Shown piece after piece: positions 18,289-26,021 of a stretch of 62,745 nt of DNA. Position 1 is the first letter of the stretch. Each line of letters opens with the position of its first letter. This stretch comes from Elusimicrobiota bacterium (GTDB lineage Bacteria > Elusimicrobiota > Elusimicrobia > UBA1565 > JACRDR01). Below the pieces are notes generated by a model. It was not told the origin of the DNA, did no database searches, and was given only the letters and a program-made list of their open reading frames with translations. The stretch is from contig JBGFSC010000012.1 in the NCBI GenBank assembly GCA_041694815.1, positions 1 to 62,745 of the forward strand, written 5' to 3'. Both the position numbers and the translations under genes were made by a program.

Positions 18289-19045
18289 ATTTCGACTGGT
18301 CGATCCCGCGCAGCATCATCCCCTGCCCCGGGGATCGGTGTACGTCGGCCGTCGGAAGATCATCCGGCGATCGCGCCTGGATAATCCAGACGCGCCTGGG
18401 CCTTTCGCTGCCGTTGATACCCGATCCGTGCACCGTTAAGTAGGGGAAAAAGAGCACATCGCCCGCCTTGGCGGGGCACGGAACGGACCGATCGAACGGC
18501 CACTCGTCGGGGTCGAGGTAATGGCTGCCTTCATTCCGGTGGACCAGGGGCCCTAGCCTGTGGCTTTCGGGAACGACCCAGACGCAGCCGTTCTCCTCCG
18601 TCGCGTCGTCGAGGTGCACGACCGCGGCCGTCATGGAGAGTCCGCGATGCGGAAAATATGGGTAGTCTTGATGCAAGGGAAAGGGGGAACCCTTCTCGGG
18701 AGGTTTGACGTGCAGCTTGTTATGGTGGAGCTGTATATTCGGGCCGATAAGCTGGGCAAGCACGGAGGTAAGCGCGTCGTCGACAAGCATGCGGGTAAAG
18801 AGCGCCGAGTGAAATTGCAGGTCATGCACGCTCAAGACCGAAAGGCGCCGGGACCGCGTCTTCAAGTGCCCGCCCTGCCAGGTGGCGTCGAGATCCCGAT
18901 CGGCGCGGGCCGCGCGATCCAAGACGGCGTCGGCCTCCTCGGCCATCGCGGACACAGCCGACGCGTCGAACACACCTTCGACCAAAAGATACCCTTGGTC
19001 CCTAAAAAAAGATAACTGGTCGGCGGATAGGCGCAGGTCCTTCAT
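18278..19045 (-). CDS. PhyH-family Fe(II)/2-oxoglutarate dioxygenase
   Basis: FFRDQGYL, LHQD (HxD), ENGCVWVVPESH, HGSGIN...RR. Confidence 0.9.
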   Translation of the reverse strand: MKDLRLSADQLSFFRDQGYLLVEGVFDASAVSAMAEEADAVLDRAARADRDLDATWQGGHLKTRSRRLSVLSVHDLQFHSALFTRMLVDDALTSVLAQLIGPNIQLHHNKLHVKPPEKGSPFPLHQDYPYFPHRGLSMTAAVVHLDDATEENGCVWVVPESHRLGPLVHRNEGSHYLDPDEWPFDRSVPCPAKAGDVLFFPYLTVHGSGINGSERPRRVWIIQARSPDDLPTADVHRSPGQGMMLRGIDQSKFTA

Positions 19046-19105
19046 CCGAATCTTGCTCGAAAAATAATACCAAAAATCCTAGAATAGCGTCTTCATGGAG
19101 GAATC

Positions 19106-19423
19106 ATGGTCCGATTGATCGCGTTGTATAAACGCCCCGCCGACCCGGCGGCCTTCGATAAGCATTATTTCGGGACGCACAAGCCGCTCGCGGAGAAGAT
19201 TCCCGGCGTGCTCGAGTACCGCTGCTCGAAGGTATTCGGCAGCCCCGCGGGCAAAAGCCCCTGGTATTTCGTCGCCGAGCTCTGTTTCAAGGATAAGGAA
19301 TCGTTTAAGGCCGGCATGGGATCGCCGGAAAGCATGGCCGCCGCCAAGGACTTGGACAATTTCGCCAAGGGCCTCGTGGAAGTGCTCTTTGTCGACGAGA
19401 CCGCGGCGGCCGTTACGCGTTGA
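19106..19423 (+). CDS. EthD-family protein
   Basis: LYKRPADPAAFDKHYFGTHKPLAEKIPG; GGAGGA RBS. Confidence 0.88.
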   Translation: MVRLIALYKRPADPAAFDKHYFGTHKPLAEKIPGVLEYRCSKVFGSPAGKSPWYFVAELCFKDKESFKAGMGSPESMAAAKDLDNFAKGLVEVLFVDETAAAVTR

Positions 19424-20205
19424 GCGCCTCGGTGGCCTCGGGCCGGATTTTAAGCGAGAAGCGGGGCCCCGTAGGCCTGTGCACCATCGATCGTCCCGAG
19501 GCCTTAAACGCCCTCTCGCCCGAATTGGTCTTGGAGCTCCTGCGGGCGCTGGAGGCGTTCGACCGGGACCCCTCCGTCCGGGTCTTGGTGCTCACCGGAG
19601 GCCCCAAGGTTTTCGTCGCCGGTGCCGACATCAAGGAGATGGCGGGCTACGGGGCGCACGAGATCTCCCAACGCGACCCCCTGGCCGTCTGGGACCGCTT
19701 CGGGCAATTGGCCAGCCCGGTCATCGCCGCCGTCAACGGCTTCGCCTTGGGGGGCGGCTGCGAGCTGGCGATGGCCTGCGACCTCATCGTCGCCGCGGAG
19801 GACGCCGTTTTCGCGCAACCGGAGATACTCCTAGGCGTCATGCCCGGTGCGGGCGGGACCCAACGGCTCACCCGGGCCCTTGGCAAGGCCCGCGCGATGG
19901 AGCTGCTCTTGACGGGCAAGCGCCTGCAGGCACGGCAGGCCCTCGCTGCGGGCCTCATCAACGCGGTGGTGCCGCCGTCCTTGGTGCTCGAGGAGGCGCT
20001 GCGCCTGGCCGGCGAGATCGCCGCCATGCCCCCACTGGCCGCGCGCCAGATCAAGGCCAGCGTTCGGGCGGCCTTGGATCTCGAGCTCGAGGAGGGTCTC
20101 CGGCAGGAACGGCGGCGATTCTACTCCCTGTTCGACACGCAGGACCAGAAGGAGGGGATGGCGGCCTTCGTGGAAAAGCGAAAACCCGCCTTCCAAGGCC
20201 GATGA
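19420..20205 (+). CDS. paaF: Enoyl-CoA hydratase (PaaF-like)
   Basis: FVAGADIKE, GFALGGGCELAMACD, QPEILLGVMPGAGGTQRL. Confidence 0.85.
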   Translation: MSASVASGRILSEKRGPVGLCTIDRPEALNALSPELVLELLRALEAFDRDPSVRVLVLTGGPKVFVAGADIKEMAGYGAHEISQRDPLAVWDRFGQLASPVIAAVNGFALGGGCELAMACDLIVAAEDAVFAQPEILLGVMPGAGGTQRLTRALGKARAMELLLTGKRLQARQALAAGLINAVVPPSLVLEEALRLAGEIAAMPPLAARQIKASVRAALDLELEEGLRQERRRFYSLFDTQDQKEGMAAFVEKRKPAFQGR

Positions 20206-20999
20206 ACGCCGCGGAACCGACCACCGAACCCTTAATCAAAAGGAAGGACGGGGGCGTGCTATGGCTGAGCCTCAACCGCCCTTCGTCCAACAACTCCTTT
20301 ACGGTGCCGATCATCGACGGCCTGCACGCCGCCCTGGGGGAGGCGGCCAAGGATGGCTCGATTAAGGTCCTCGTCATCACCGGGAACGGGCGCGCCTTCT
20401 GCGCGGGACAGGACTTAAAGGAGCACCTCGAGCGCAAGCCGGAGTTCATCGACGAGCTGCGCCTGCGCTACAATCCACTCATACTCAAGATCCGCAAGCT
20501 GCCAAAGCCGGTGATCGCGGCCGTCAACGGCACGGCGGCGGGCGCCGGAATGAGCCTCGCCTTGGCCTGCGATTTCAGGCTTTGCACGCCCGAGACGCAA
20601 TTCCACACTTCCTTCATCAAGATCGGACTAGTGCCTGATTCCGGCAATCTCCTCTGGCTCGGCAAGCAGATCGGCTTCGCCCGGGCCCTCGAGCTCGAGA
20701 TGACGGGCGCGCCGATCACCGCCGACCAGGCCGCCGCCTGGGGCCTGGTCAACCGGGTAGTCGAAGCCGGCAAGTTGGCCGAGGAGACGGCCGCCTTCGC
20801 CCGCTCCTTGGCCGAGGGCCCATCGGTGGCGTTGGCGTTGACGAAGGAGATGTACAACCAGGCCCTCTTCGCGCAGGATCTGCCCACGCAATTGGACTCC
20901 GAAGCCTTGATGCAACAGGTCGCCGGAAAGACCAAAGACCACGCCGAGGGCCTGGCCGCCTTTTTGGAGAAGCGCAAGCCGCGTTTTACCGGAGAATAA
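20202..20999 (+). CDS. paaG: Crotonase-family isomerase (PaaG-like)
   Basis: GRAFCAGQDL, YNPLI, AAGAGMSLALACD, GLVPDSG, FLEKRKPRF; ATGA overlap. Confidence 0.8.
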   Translation: MNAAEPTTEPLIKRKDGGVLWLSLNRPSSNNSFTVPIIDGLHAALGEAAKDGSIKVLVITGNGRAFCAGQDLKEHLERKPEFIDELRLRYNPLILKIRKLPKPVIAAVNGTAAGAGMSLALACDFRLCTPETQFHTSFIKIGLVPDSGNLLWLGKQIGFARALELEMTGAPITADQAAAWGLVNRVVEAGKLAEETAAFARSLAEGPSVALALTKEMYNQALFAQDLPTQLDSEALMQQVAGKTKDHAEGLAAFLEKRKPRFTGE

Positions 21000-21000
21000 C

Positions 21001-21783
21001 ATGGAACACAAAATGGTCATGGGACCCAAGGACGAGATGACTCCCGAGTACCGAGAGCACCTCGTCAATCTCATGATGATGCAGGCGGATTCCGAGCTCG
21101 CCGGGGCCTTCGGTTACGTGCCTTGGATCGCCAAGGCGCCCTCCATCCAGGAAACCTACACCGTCTCGCAGATCGTCAAGGACGAGGTCCGCCACGCGCA
21201 CGTCATGTACCGCCTGCTCGAGCAATTGGGCTGCGACGTGCAGTCCTACTACGAGAGCCACAACTTCAACCTTAGGACGCGCGCCGACGAGAACCTTGGC
21301 ACCGAACGCGTGGCCGACGACAAGCGCGTCAATATCTTCTATTACCCGATCGAGACCTGGTACGATTTCATCATGTTCAATTTCTGCATGGACAGGGGCG
21401 CGGGGCATCAGCTCGAGGACGCCAAACGGTGCTCCTATAAGCCTTGGGCCGACGTAATGGAGGGGATCTTCAAGGAAGAGGCGATGCATATGGCTCACGG
21501 GGACTGGTGGGTCAAGAAACTCGCCGCCGATCCCAAGACCAGGGGTCCCGCGCAGGAGGCCCTCGACCGCTGGTACCCGCGCACGATGAACATCTTCGGG
21601 CGCGCCGACTCGCCCAAGAATAAGATCTACCGGCGGCTCGGGCTCAAGATCCGCGACAACGACGAGGTCCGCCAGGCATTCGCCGCCGAGATCAAGGCCA
21701 AATGCGCGGAGTTCGGACTCCAGGTCCCGCATTGGGTTCCCGAAACCCAGCGCATGAGCGAGGAGCCCTTCATCCCCGGATGA
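21001..21783 (+). CDS. Diiron aryl-CoA epoxidase subunit (PaaA/BoxB-like)
   Basis: ADSE, DEVRH, MDRGA, KEEAMH ligands; CSY.P and NDEVRQ.F PaaA-like motifs. Confidence 0.8.
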   Translation: MEHKMVMGPKDEMTPEYREHLVNLMMMQADSELAGAFGYVPWIAKAPSIQETYTVSQIVKDEVRHAHVMYRLLEQLGCDVQSYYESHNFNLRTRADENLGTERVADDKRVNIFYYPIETWYDFIMFNFCMDRGAGHQLEDAKRCSYKPWADVMEGIFKEEAMHMAHGDWWVKKLAADPKTRGPAQEALDRWYPRTMNIFGRADSPKNKIYRRLGLKIRDNDEVRQAFAAEIKAKCAEFGLQVPHWVPETQRMSEEPFIPG

Positions 21784-22019
21784 GGCCCGCGGCGGACGCC
21801 GATCTCGCGGCGCTACTCAAACGCAACCCGCGCCTGCTTCGGGTGCTCGACCGCTACGGGATCCACGTATGCGCCGGATGCCTGCTCACCTTGACCTCCC
21901 CGATCGAGCGGGCCGCGGCCTATCACGGCGTGCCGAATATTCCCGCGCTGCTGCGCGAGCTGCGGCTCAAGCGCCGCGGGCGCGCGACCAGAAAACACGG
22001 CCCGCGCCGAGGCCGATGA
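21780..22019 (+). CDS. Small CxxC protein (DUF1858-like)
   Basis: RVLDRYGIHVCAGC...AAAYHGV; ATGA overlaps at both ends. Confidence 0.65.
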   Translation: MRPAADADLAALLKRNPRLLRVLDRYGIHVCAGCLLTLTSPIERAAAYHGVPNIPALLRELRLKRRGRATRKHGPRRGR

Positions 22020-22444
22020 AGGGCTTCCCCTGCACGGTGGAGATCCCGGTCCGCTTCAGTGACACCGACGCGATGGGGCATACCAATAATGCCGTCTACC
22101 TGAGCTATCTAGAGGAGGCCCGTTTCCAATTCTTCCGGGACGCGCTCAACATCCGGGATGCCTCGAAGATCGACGTCATCCTAGCGCGCGTGGAAATCGA
22201 TTTTCGAAGCCCCTCCTTTTGCGGCGAAACGCTGGTCGTCGGCGTCCGCACCACCCGGGTGGGCGGAGCCAGCTTCGCCTCCGAGTACCGGATCGAGGAG
22301 AAGAATACGGGCCGGCTCGTCGCCGAGGCCAGCTCCGTCCAGGTGTGCTACGATTACGCCTCGGGCAAGCCCGCCCGGCTCAGCCCGGAGCGCGTTCGGG
22401 CCTTGAAGGCCTCCTTGACAAGCCCCTCGTCCGCTGGGTTATAA
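22016..22444 (+). CDS. Acyl-CoA thioesterase (4HBT/YbgC family)
   Basis: VRFSDTDAMGHTNNAVYLSYLEEAR. Confidence 0.92.
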   Translation: MKGFPCTVEIPVRFSDTDAMGHTNNAVYLSYLEEARFQFFRDALNIRDASKIDVILARVEIDFRSPSFCGETLVVGVRTTRVGGASFASEYRIEEKNTGRLVAEASSVQVCYDYASGKPARLSPERVRALKASLTSPSSAGL

Positions 22445-22452
22445 TTTCGAGC

Positions 22453-23001
22453 ATGCCGCGCAATATTCGCATCACGCTCCGCCTGGGCCCCGGCTTCGGC
22501 AAGGGCCTGCTCGCCGCAGCGCTTTTGATCGTCGCCTGTGAACTGGGGTCGGAGACCCTGAACCTGGTTGCCACATACCCTGCCGCTTCCGGCGTGTACA
22601 ACCAAATCGTCACGGTGGGAAACGGCGGCGCCAACACCGTGCTGGCCCGCAGCGCGGGCAACGTCGGCATCGGCACCTCGAATCCGTCCCAGAAACTTGA
22701 GGTTAACGGGCATATCGCGCTCTCGGGAACGGCGCCCACCTTTAAGATCATCAACTCCGCGCTCCCCACGGACGACTATGACCTGGCCAACAAGGCCTAC
22801 GTCGACGCCCAGATAGCCGGCTCCGGCGCGTGTTATGTCAGCTACCGGCGCGACGGCTCCTGCCTGGCGGGCTTCAGCAATAGGGGGTCTTTGGGAAACT
22901 GGGGTTCTTGCAATAGCACCTTGTTTCATCCGCCGGGCACCGACTGCGGGCCCACTATGGCGGCCAACGATTTGGGCCCGGCCTTCCTCTGCTGCAAATA
23001 A
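22453..23001 (+). CDS. Exported fibre/adhesin-like protein with Cys-rich C-terminus
   Basis: N-terminal hydrophobic segment, GNVGIGTSNPSQKLEVNG, ANKAYVD, six Cys in the tail; TATAAT 7 nt before ATG. Confidence 0.65.
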   Translation: MPRNIRITLRLGPGFGKGLLAAALLIVACELGSETLNLVATYPAASGVYNQIVTVGNGGANTVLARSAGNVGIGTSNPSQKLEVNGHIALSGTAPTFKIINSALPTDDYDLANKAYVDAQIAGSGACYVSYRRDGSCLAGFSNRGSLGNWGSCNSTLFHPPGTDCGPTMAANDLGPAFLCCK

Positions 23002-23495
23002 TCCTCTTCGCGTCCGCCATCGCCAGCGCCGCCGAGACCTGCGGCCGCCTCGAAACGCGAACCATCCGAGGGGACTCCCTTGAAGGCTTGGCGCGGCACG
23101 GCCAGAAGGTACGCCTTCGCATGGGCGCTTACGACTGCCAGTCGCCGCGTCGTGGGGACGTCGTCGCCTATTCCTACGGCGGCCGGATCTTGATCAAAAT
23201 GCTCCGGGGGCTTCCGGGGGACCGCTTCTCGGTCGAGCGGACCGCACAAGGAAACCAACTGCGGATCAACGGCCGCGTAGCCAGAAACTCGAGGCGAAAA
23301 CCGTATCTCTGGAAGGCGGGCGAAACGCGACTGCTGGAGCTCTACGCCAAGCAAAGCGGCGGCGTCATCCCCGCCGACGCCTATCTATTACTGGGGAACA
23401 AGGCCCAAGGGAGCCTGGACTGCACGCGCTTCGGCCTGGTCTCGAAGGCCGCGCTCATCGGGAGGGTGATCCTGCCTTCTCGCGAAGTCCCCTAA
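22989..23495 (+). CDS. Signal peptidase I (S26)-like protein; start uncertain (possibly CTG)
   Basis: In-frame upstream of the called ORF: LQIILFASAIASA...IRGDSL (catalytic Ser); RGDVV, LIKML (Lys), LGNK...SLDCTRFG. Confidence 0.7.
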   Translation: MLQIILFASAIASAAETCGRLETRTIRGDSLEGLARHGQKVRLRMGAYDCQSPRRGDVVAYSYGGRILIKMLRGLPGDRFSVERTAQGNQLRINGRVARNSRRKPYLWKAGETRLLELYAKQSGGVIPADAYLLLGNKAQGSLDCTRFGLVSKAALIGRVILPSREVP

Positions 23496-24987
23496 ACTTC
23501 ACGCTGAACTCCTGCAGGACCCGGTCCACCTTGGTCTCCTGCCTCCGGGACCATAGGTTGGAAAACAAGCGCCAAAGACGGCCGGGGTGGCATAAGAAGG
23601 ATATCGCGTAAAACTGGAACAAGGCCCACAGCTTGAGCAGCAGCAGCTTGCGGTCGCTTATTCTCGGATGCCAGGAGCGCACGGAGAAAAGGCTGGTCGC
23701 CCCCGTCATCCAATAACAGTACTCGTCGTCGATGGCGATGGCGCGTATACGGCTCGTCTCGTCGAAAAGCTGGGTGCCGGGGAGCGGCACGAAGGTGGAT
23801 ACCGCGATCTCGTGCACCCCGAGCCGCGCCATGCGCCGGATCCAGCGCAAGGTCTTCCAGATGTCCTCCATCTCCTCCTGAGGGAATCCGATGATCAAGA
23901 AAAGGCATACCTTCATCCCCGCCTCGAGCGAATCCTTCGCCGAGCGCTCGAGATGGTCTAGGTGCACTTTCTTCTCGATCGACTTGAGTATCCGCTCGCT
24001 GCCGCTCTCCGGCGCGTAGGTAATGTGATGGCAACCCGAGGCCATCAACAGCCCGGGCACCTCGCCGTCGATGGCCTCCGAGCGGGTGCCGACCGGCAAG
24101 GACCAGGTCAGTCGCAGCTTGCGCTCCAGCAGCTCCCGGCAGAACTCCAGGATCCAGTCCTTGCGCACGATGGCGGTTAGGTCCTGGAACTGGAAATCGT
24201 CGGCGCCGTAGAGGCGCATGTAGGCCTCCATCTCGTCGACCACCTTCGATGGCTTTCTCGCCTTCCACACCTGGGTCCACATGTTGGGCGAGGAGCAGAA
24301 GGTGCAGCGGAACGGGCAGCCGCGCGTCGCGAGCATGGGGATGCTGCGCCCCGCCTTGGGGCCCATGAAAACGGCCCCCTCCAAGTACGCCATGGGGTCC
24401 ACGAGGTCCCAGGCGGGCCATGGGAGCATGTCGGGGTCGGCGATCCGGCTTCGCTTGTCGGTCTTGACCACCTGTCCAGATGGGCCGCGGAAGGCGATTC
24501 CCTGGACTCGGGAAAGATCGAGGCCCTGACGGAAGGCGTCGAGCAGCTCTACTAAGGACAACTCGCCTTCTCCCAGCACGCAGGCGTCGGCGGCGGTCTG
24601 CTCGAAGACCTGTCGGTGCATGGAGGTGACATGCTCGCCTCCGGCGATGAGCTTGGCCTTCGGAAATGCGCGGCTCAATCGATTCATCAATTCGCGCACC
24701 ATGGGCCAGGCATGGGTGAACATGCACGAGACGCCCAAGACATCGGAGTCCGCGGGAACGCGTTGAATGATCTCGTCGAAGTCCAGGCCCTGGAAGAGTC
24801 GACGCTGCCGCTGGGGCCAGGGGCGGATGCGTGTGACGGCGAGGCCCACAGCGTCGACCACATGCACCTCGTAGCCGCGCGAGCGGGCGTAAGCCGCCAA
24901 GTAGGCAATGCCCAGGGGCGGCTGGGTGATCGTCGAATAATTGTCGACCGCCATCAGGGCCGGCGGCTGGATGAAGGTGACCTTCAT
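23455..24987 (-). CDS. Cobalamin-binding radical SAM protein
   Basis: PPLGIAYLAA, GGEHVT, GEGE, RGCPFRCTFC. Confidence 0.92.
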   Translation of the reverse strand: MKVTFIQPPALMAVDNYSTITQPPLGIAYLAAYARSRGYEVHVVDAVGLAVTRIRPWPQRQRRLFQGLDFDEIIQRVPADSDVLGVSCMFTHAWPMVRELMNRLSRAFPKAKLIAGGEHVTSMHRQVFEQTAADACVLGEGELSLVELLDAFRQGLDLSRVQGIAFRGPSGQVVKTDKRSRIADPDMLPWPAWDLVDPMAYLEGAVFMGPKAGRSIPMLATRGCPFRCTFCSSPNMWTQVWKARKPSKVVDEMEAYMRLYGADDFQFQDLTAIVRKDWILEFCRELLERKLRLTWSLPVGTRSEAIDGEVPGLLMASGCHHITYAPESGSERILKSIEKKVHLDHLERSAKDSLEAGMKVCLFLIIGFPQEEMEDIWKTLRWIRRMARLGVHEIAVSTFVPLPGTQLFDETSRIRAIAIDDEYCYWMTGATSLFSVRSWHPRISDRKLLLLKLWALFQFYAISFLCHPGRLWRLFSNLWSRRQETKVDRVLQEFSVKFRGLREKAGSPSR

Positions 24988-25032
24988 GGGCTTATTAAGG
25001 ATAGCTGGTCAAAACCCGCATATCAAGACCGG

Positions 25033-25061
25033 TTGACAATGGGCACATTTGCCCCTACCAT
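25033..25061 (+). promoter_or_regulatory. Sigma70 promoter, probably leaderless, for second moxR
   Basis: TTGACA-17 nt-TACCAT, GTG start 6 nt downstream. Confidence 0.75.
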
Positions 25062-25067
25062 GATGGG

Positions 25068-26021
25068 GTGGGAATTTCGACGACTCCTTCTGCGCAAGAG
25101 CGCAAACTGCAGGATCTATTCGAAAATATCGGCCGCGTCTTCATCGGTAAGCCGGAGCTCGTCCGCCGCGCGGTCGTCACCCTGCTCTCCAAGGGCCATC
25201 TCCTCATTGAGGACGTGCCGGGAATCGGCAAGACGCTCTTGGGCGTGGCCCTTGCCCGATCCATCGACGCCTCCTTCCGCAGAATACAGTTCACGAGCGA
25301 TCTTCTGCCGTCGGACATACTCGGCGTCTCCCTATTCAACCAAGCCGAACGGAGATTCGAGTTCCGCTCAGGCCCCATTTTCAGCAACATCCTGCTCGCC
25401 GACGAGATCAACCGCTCCACCCCAAAGACCCAATCGGCACTCCTGGAGGCGATGAGCGAGCTCCAGGTTTCCATCGACGGGATCACCCACCCGCTGCCGC
25501 ACCCCTTCCTGGTACTCGCAACCCAAAACCCCGTGGAATACCATGGGACCTATCCACTGCCGGAGGCGCAGCTCGACCGCTTCCTCATGCGCGTGCACAT
25601 CGGCTATCCCGACGCTGCCGACGAGAAGCGCATCCTCCAGGAGGAGCTTGAGGAGCGCGTGCGCGAGCTCTCGCCTGTATTGACCCTAGAGGAGGTCCTT
25701 TCCCTCCAAGAACAGGCCTCCCGGGTGCGCGTGGCAGAGCCGCTCTTGGAATACGCCGTCTCCCTGGCCGAGTCGACGCGCCGGCACGAATCGATCAAGT
25801 TGGGCTTAAGCCCGCGGGGGACCCTGGCCCTCTGCCGCGCCGCCAAGGCGCACGCGCTCACCGCCGGAAGGGATTACTGCGTTCCGGACGATATCAAGGA
25901 AGTCGCCGTGCCGGTGATCGCCCACCGCCTCTTGTTGGAGACGAGCCTCTCGGGATTGGCACGCATCGCCGAGGCGGAGCATCTGGTTTCCACCCTGCTG
26001 CGCCGGCTGCCCTCGCCGTGA
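25068..26021 (+). CDS. moxR: MoxR-family AAA+ ATPase (second copy)
   Basis: EDVPGIGKT, DEINRS, NPVEYHGTYPLPEAQLDRF. Confidence 0.95.
   Translation: MGISTTPSAQERKLQDLFENIGRVFIGKPELVRRAVVTLLSKGHLLIEDVPGIGKTLLGVALARSIDASFRRIQFTSDLLPSDILGVSLFNQAERRFEFRSGPIFSNILLADEINRSTPKTQSALLEAMSELQVSIDGITHPLPHPFLVLATQNPVEYHGTYPLPEAQLDRFLMRVHIGYPDAADEKRILQEELEERVRELSPVLTLEEVLSLQEQASRVRVAEPLLEYAVSLAESTRRHESIKLGLSPRGTLALCRAAKAHALTAGRDYCVPDDIKEVAVPVIAHRLLLETSLSGLARIAEAEHLVSTLLRRLPSP

Noticed and set aside
19389..20201. 536-aa ORF suggesting a long N-terminal extension of the PaaG-like protein
   Set aside because: The extension is an Arg/Gly/Pro-rich shadow of the paaF-like gene; the real start is the ATGA overlap at 20202
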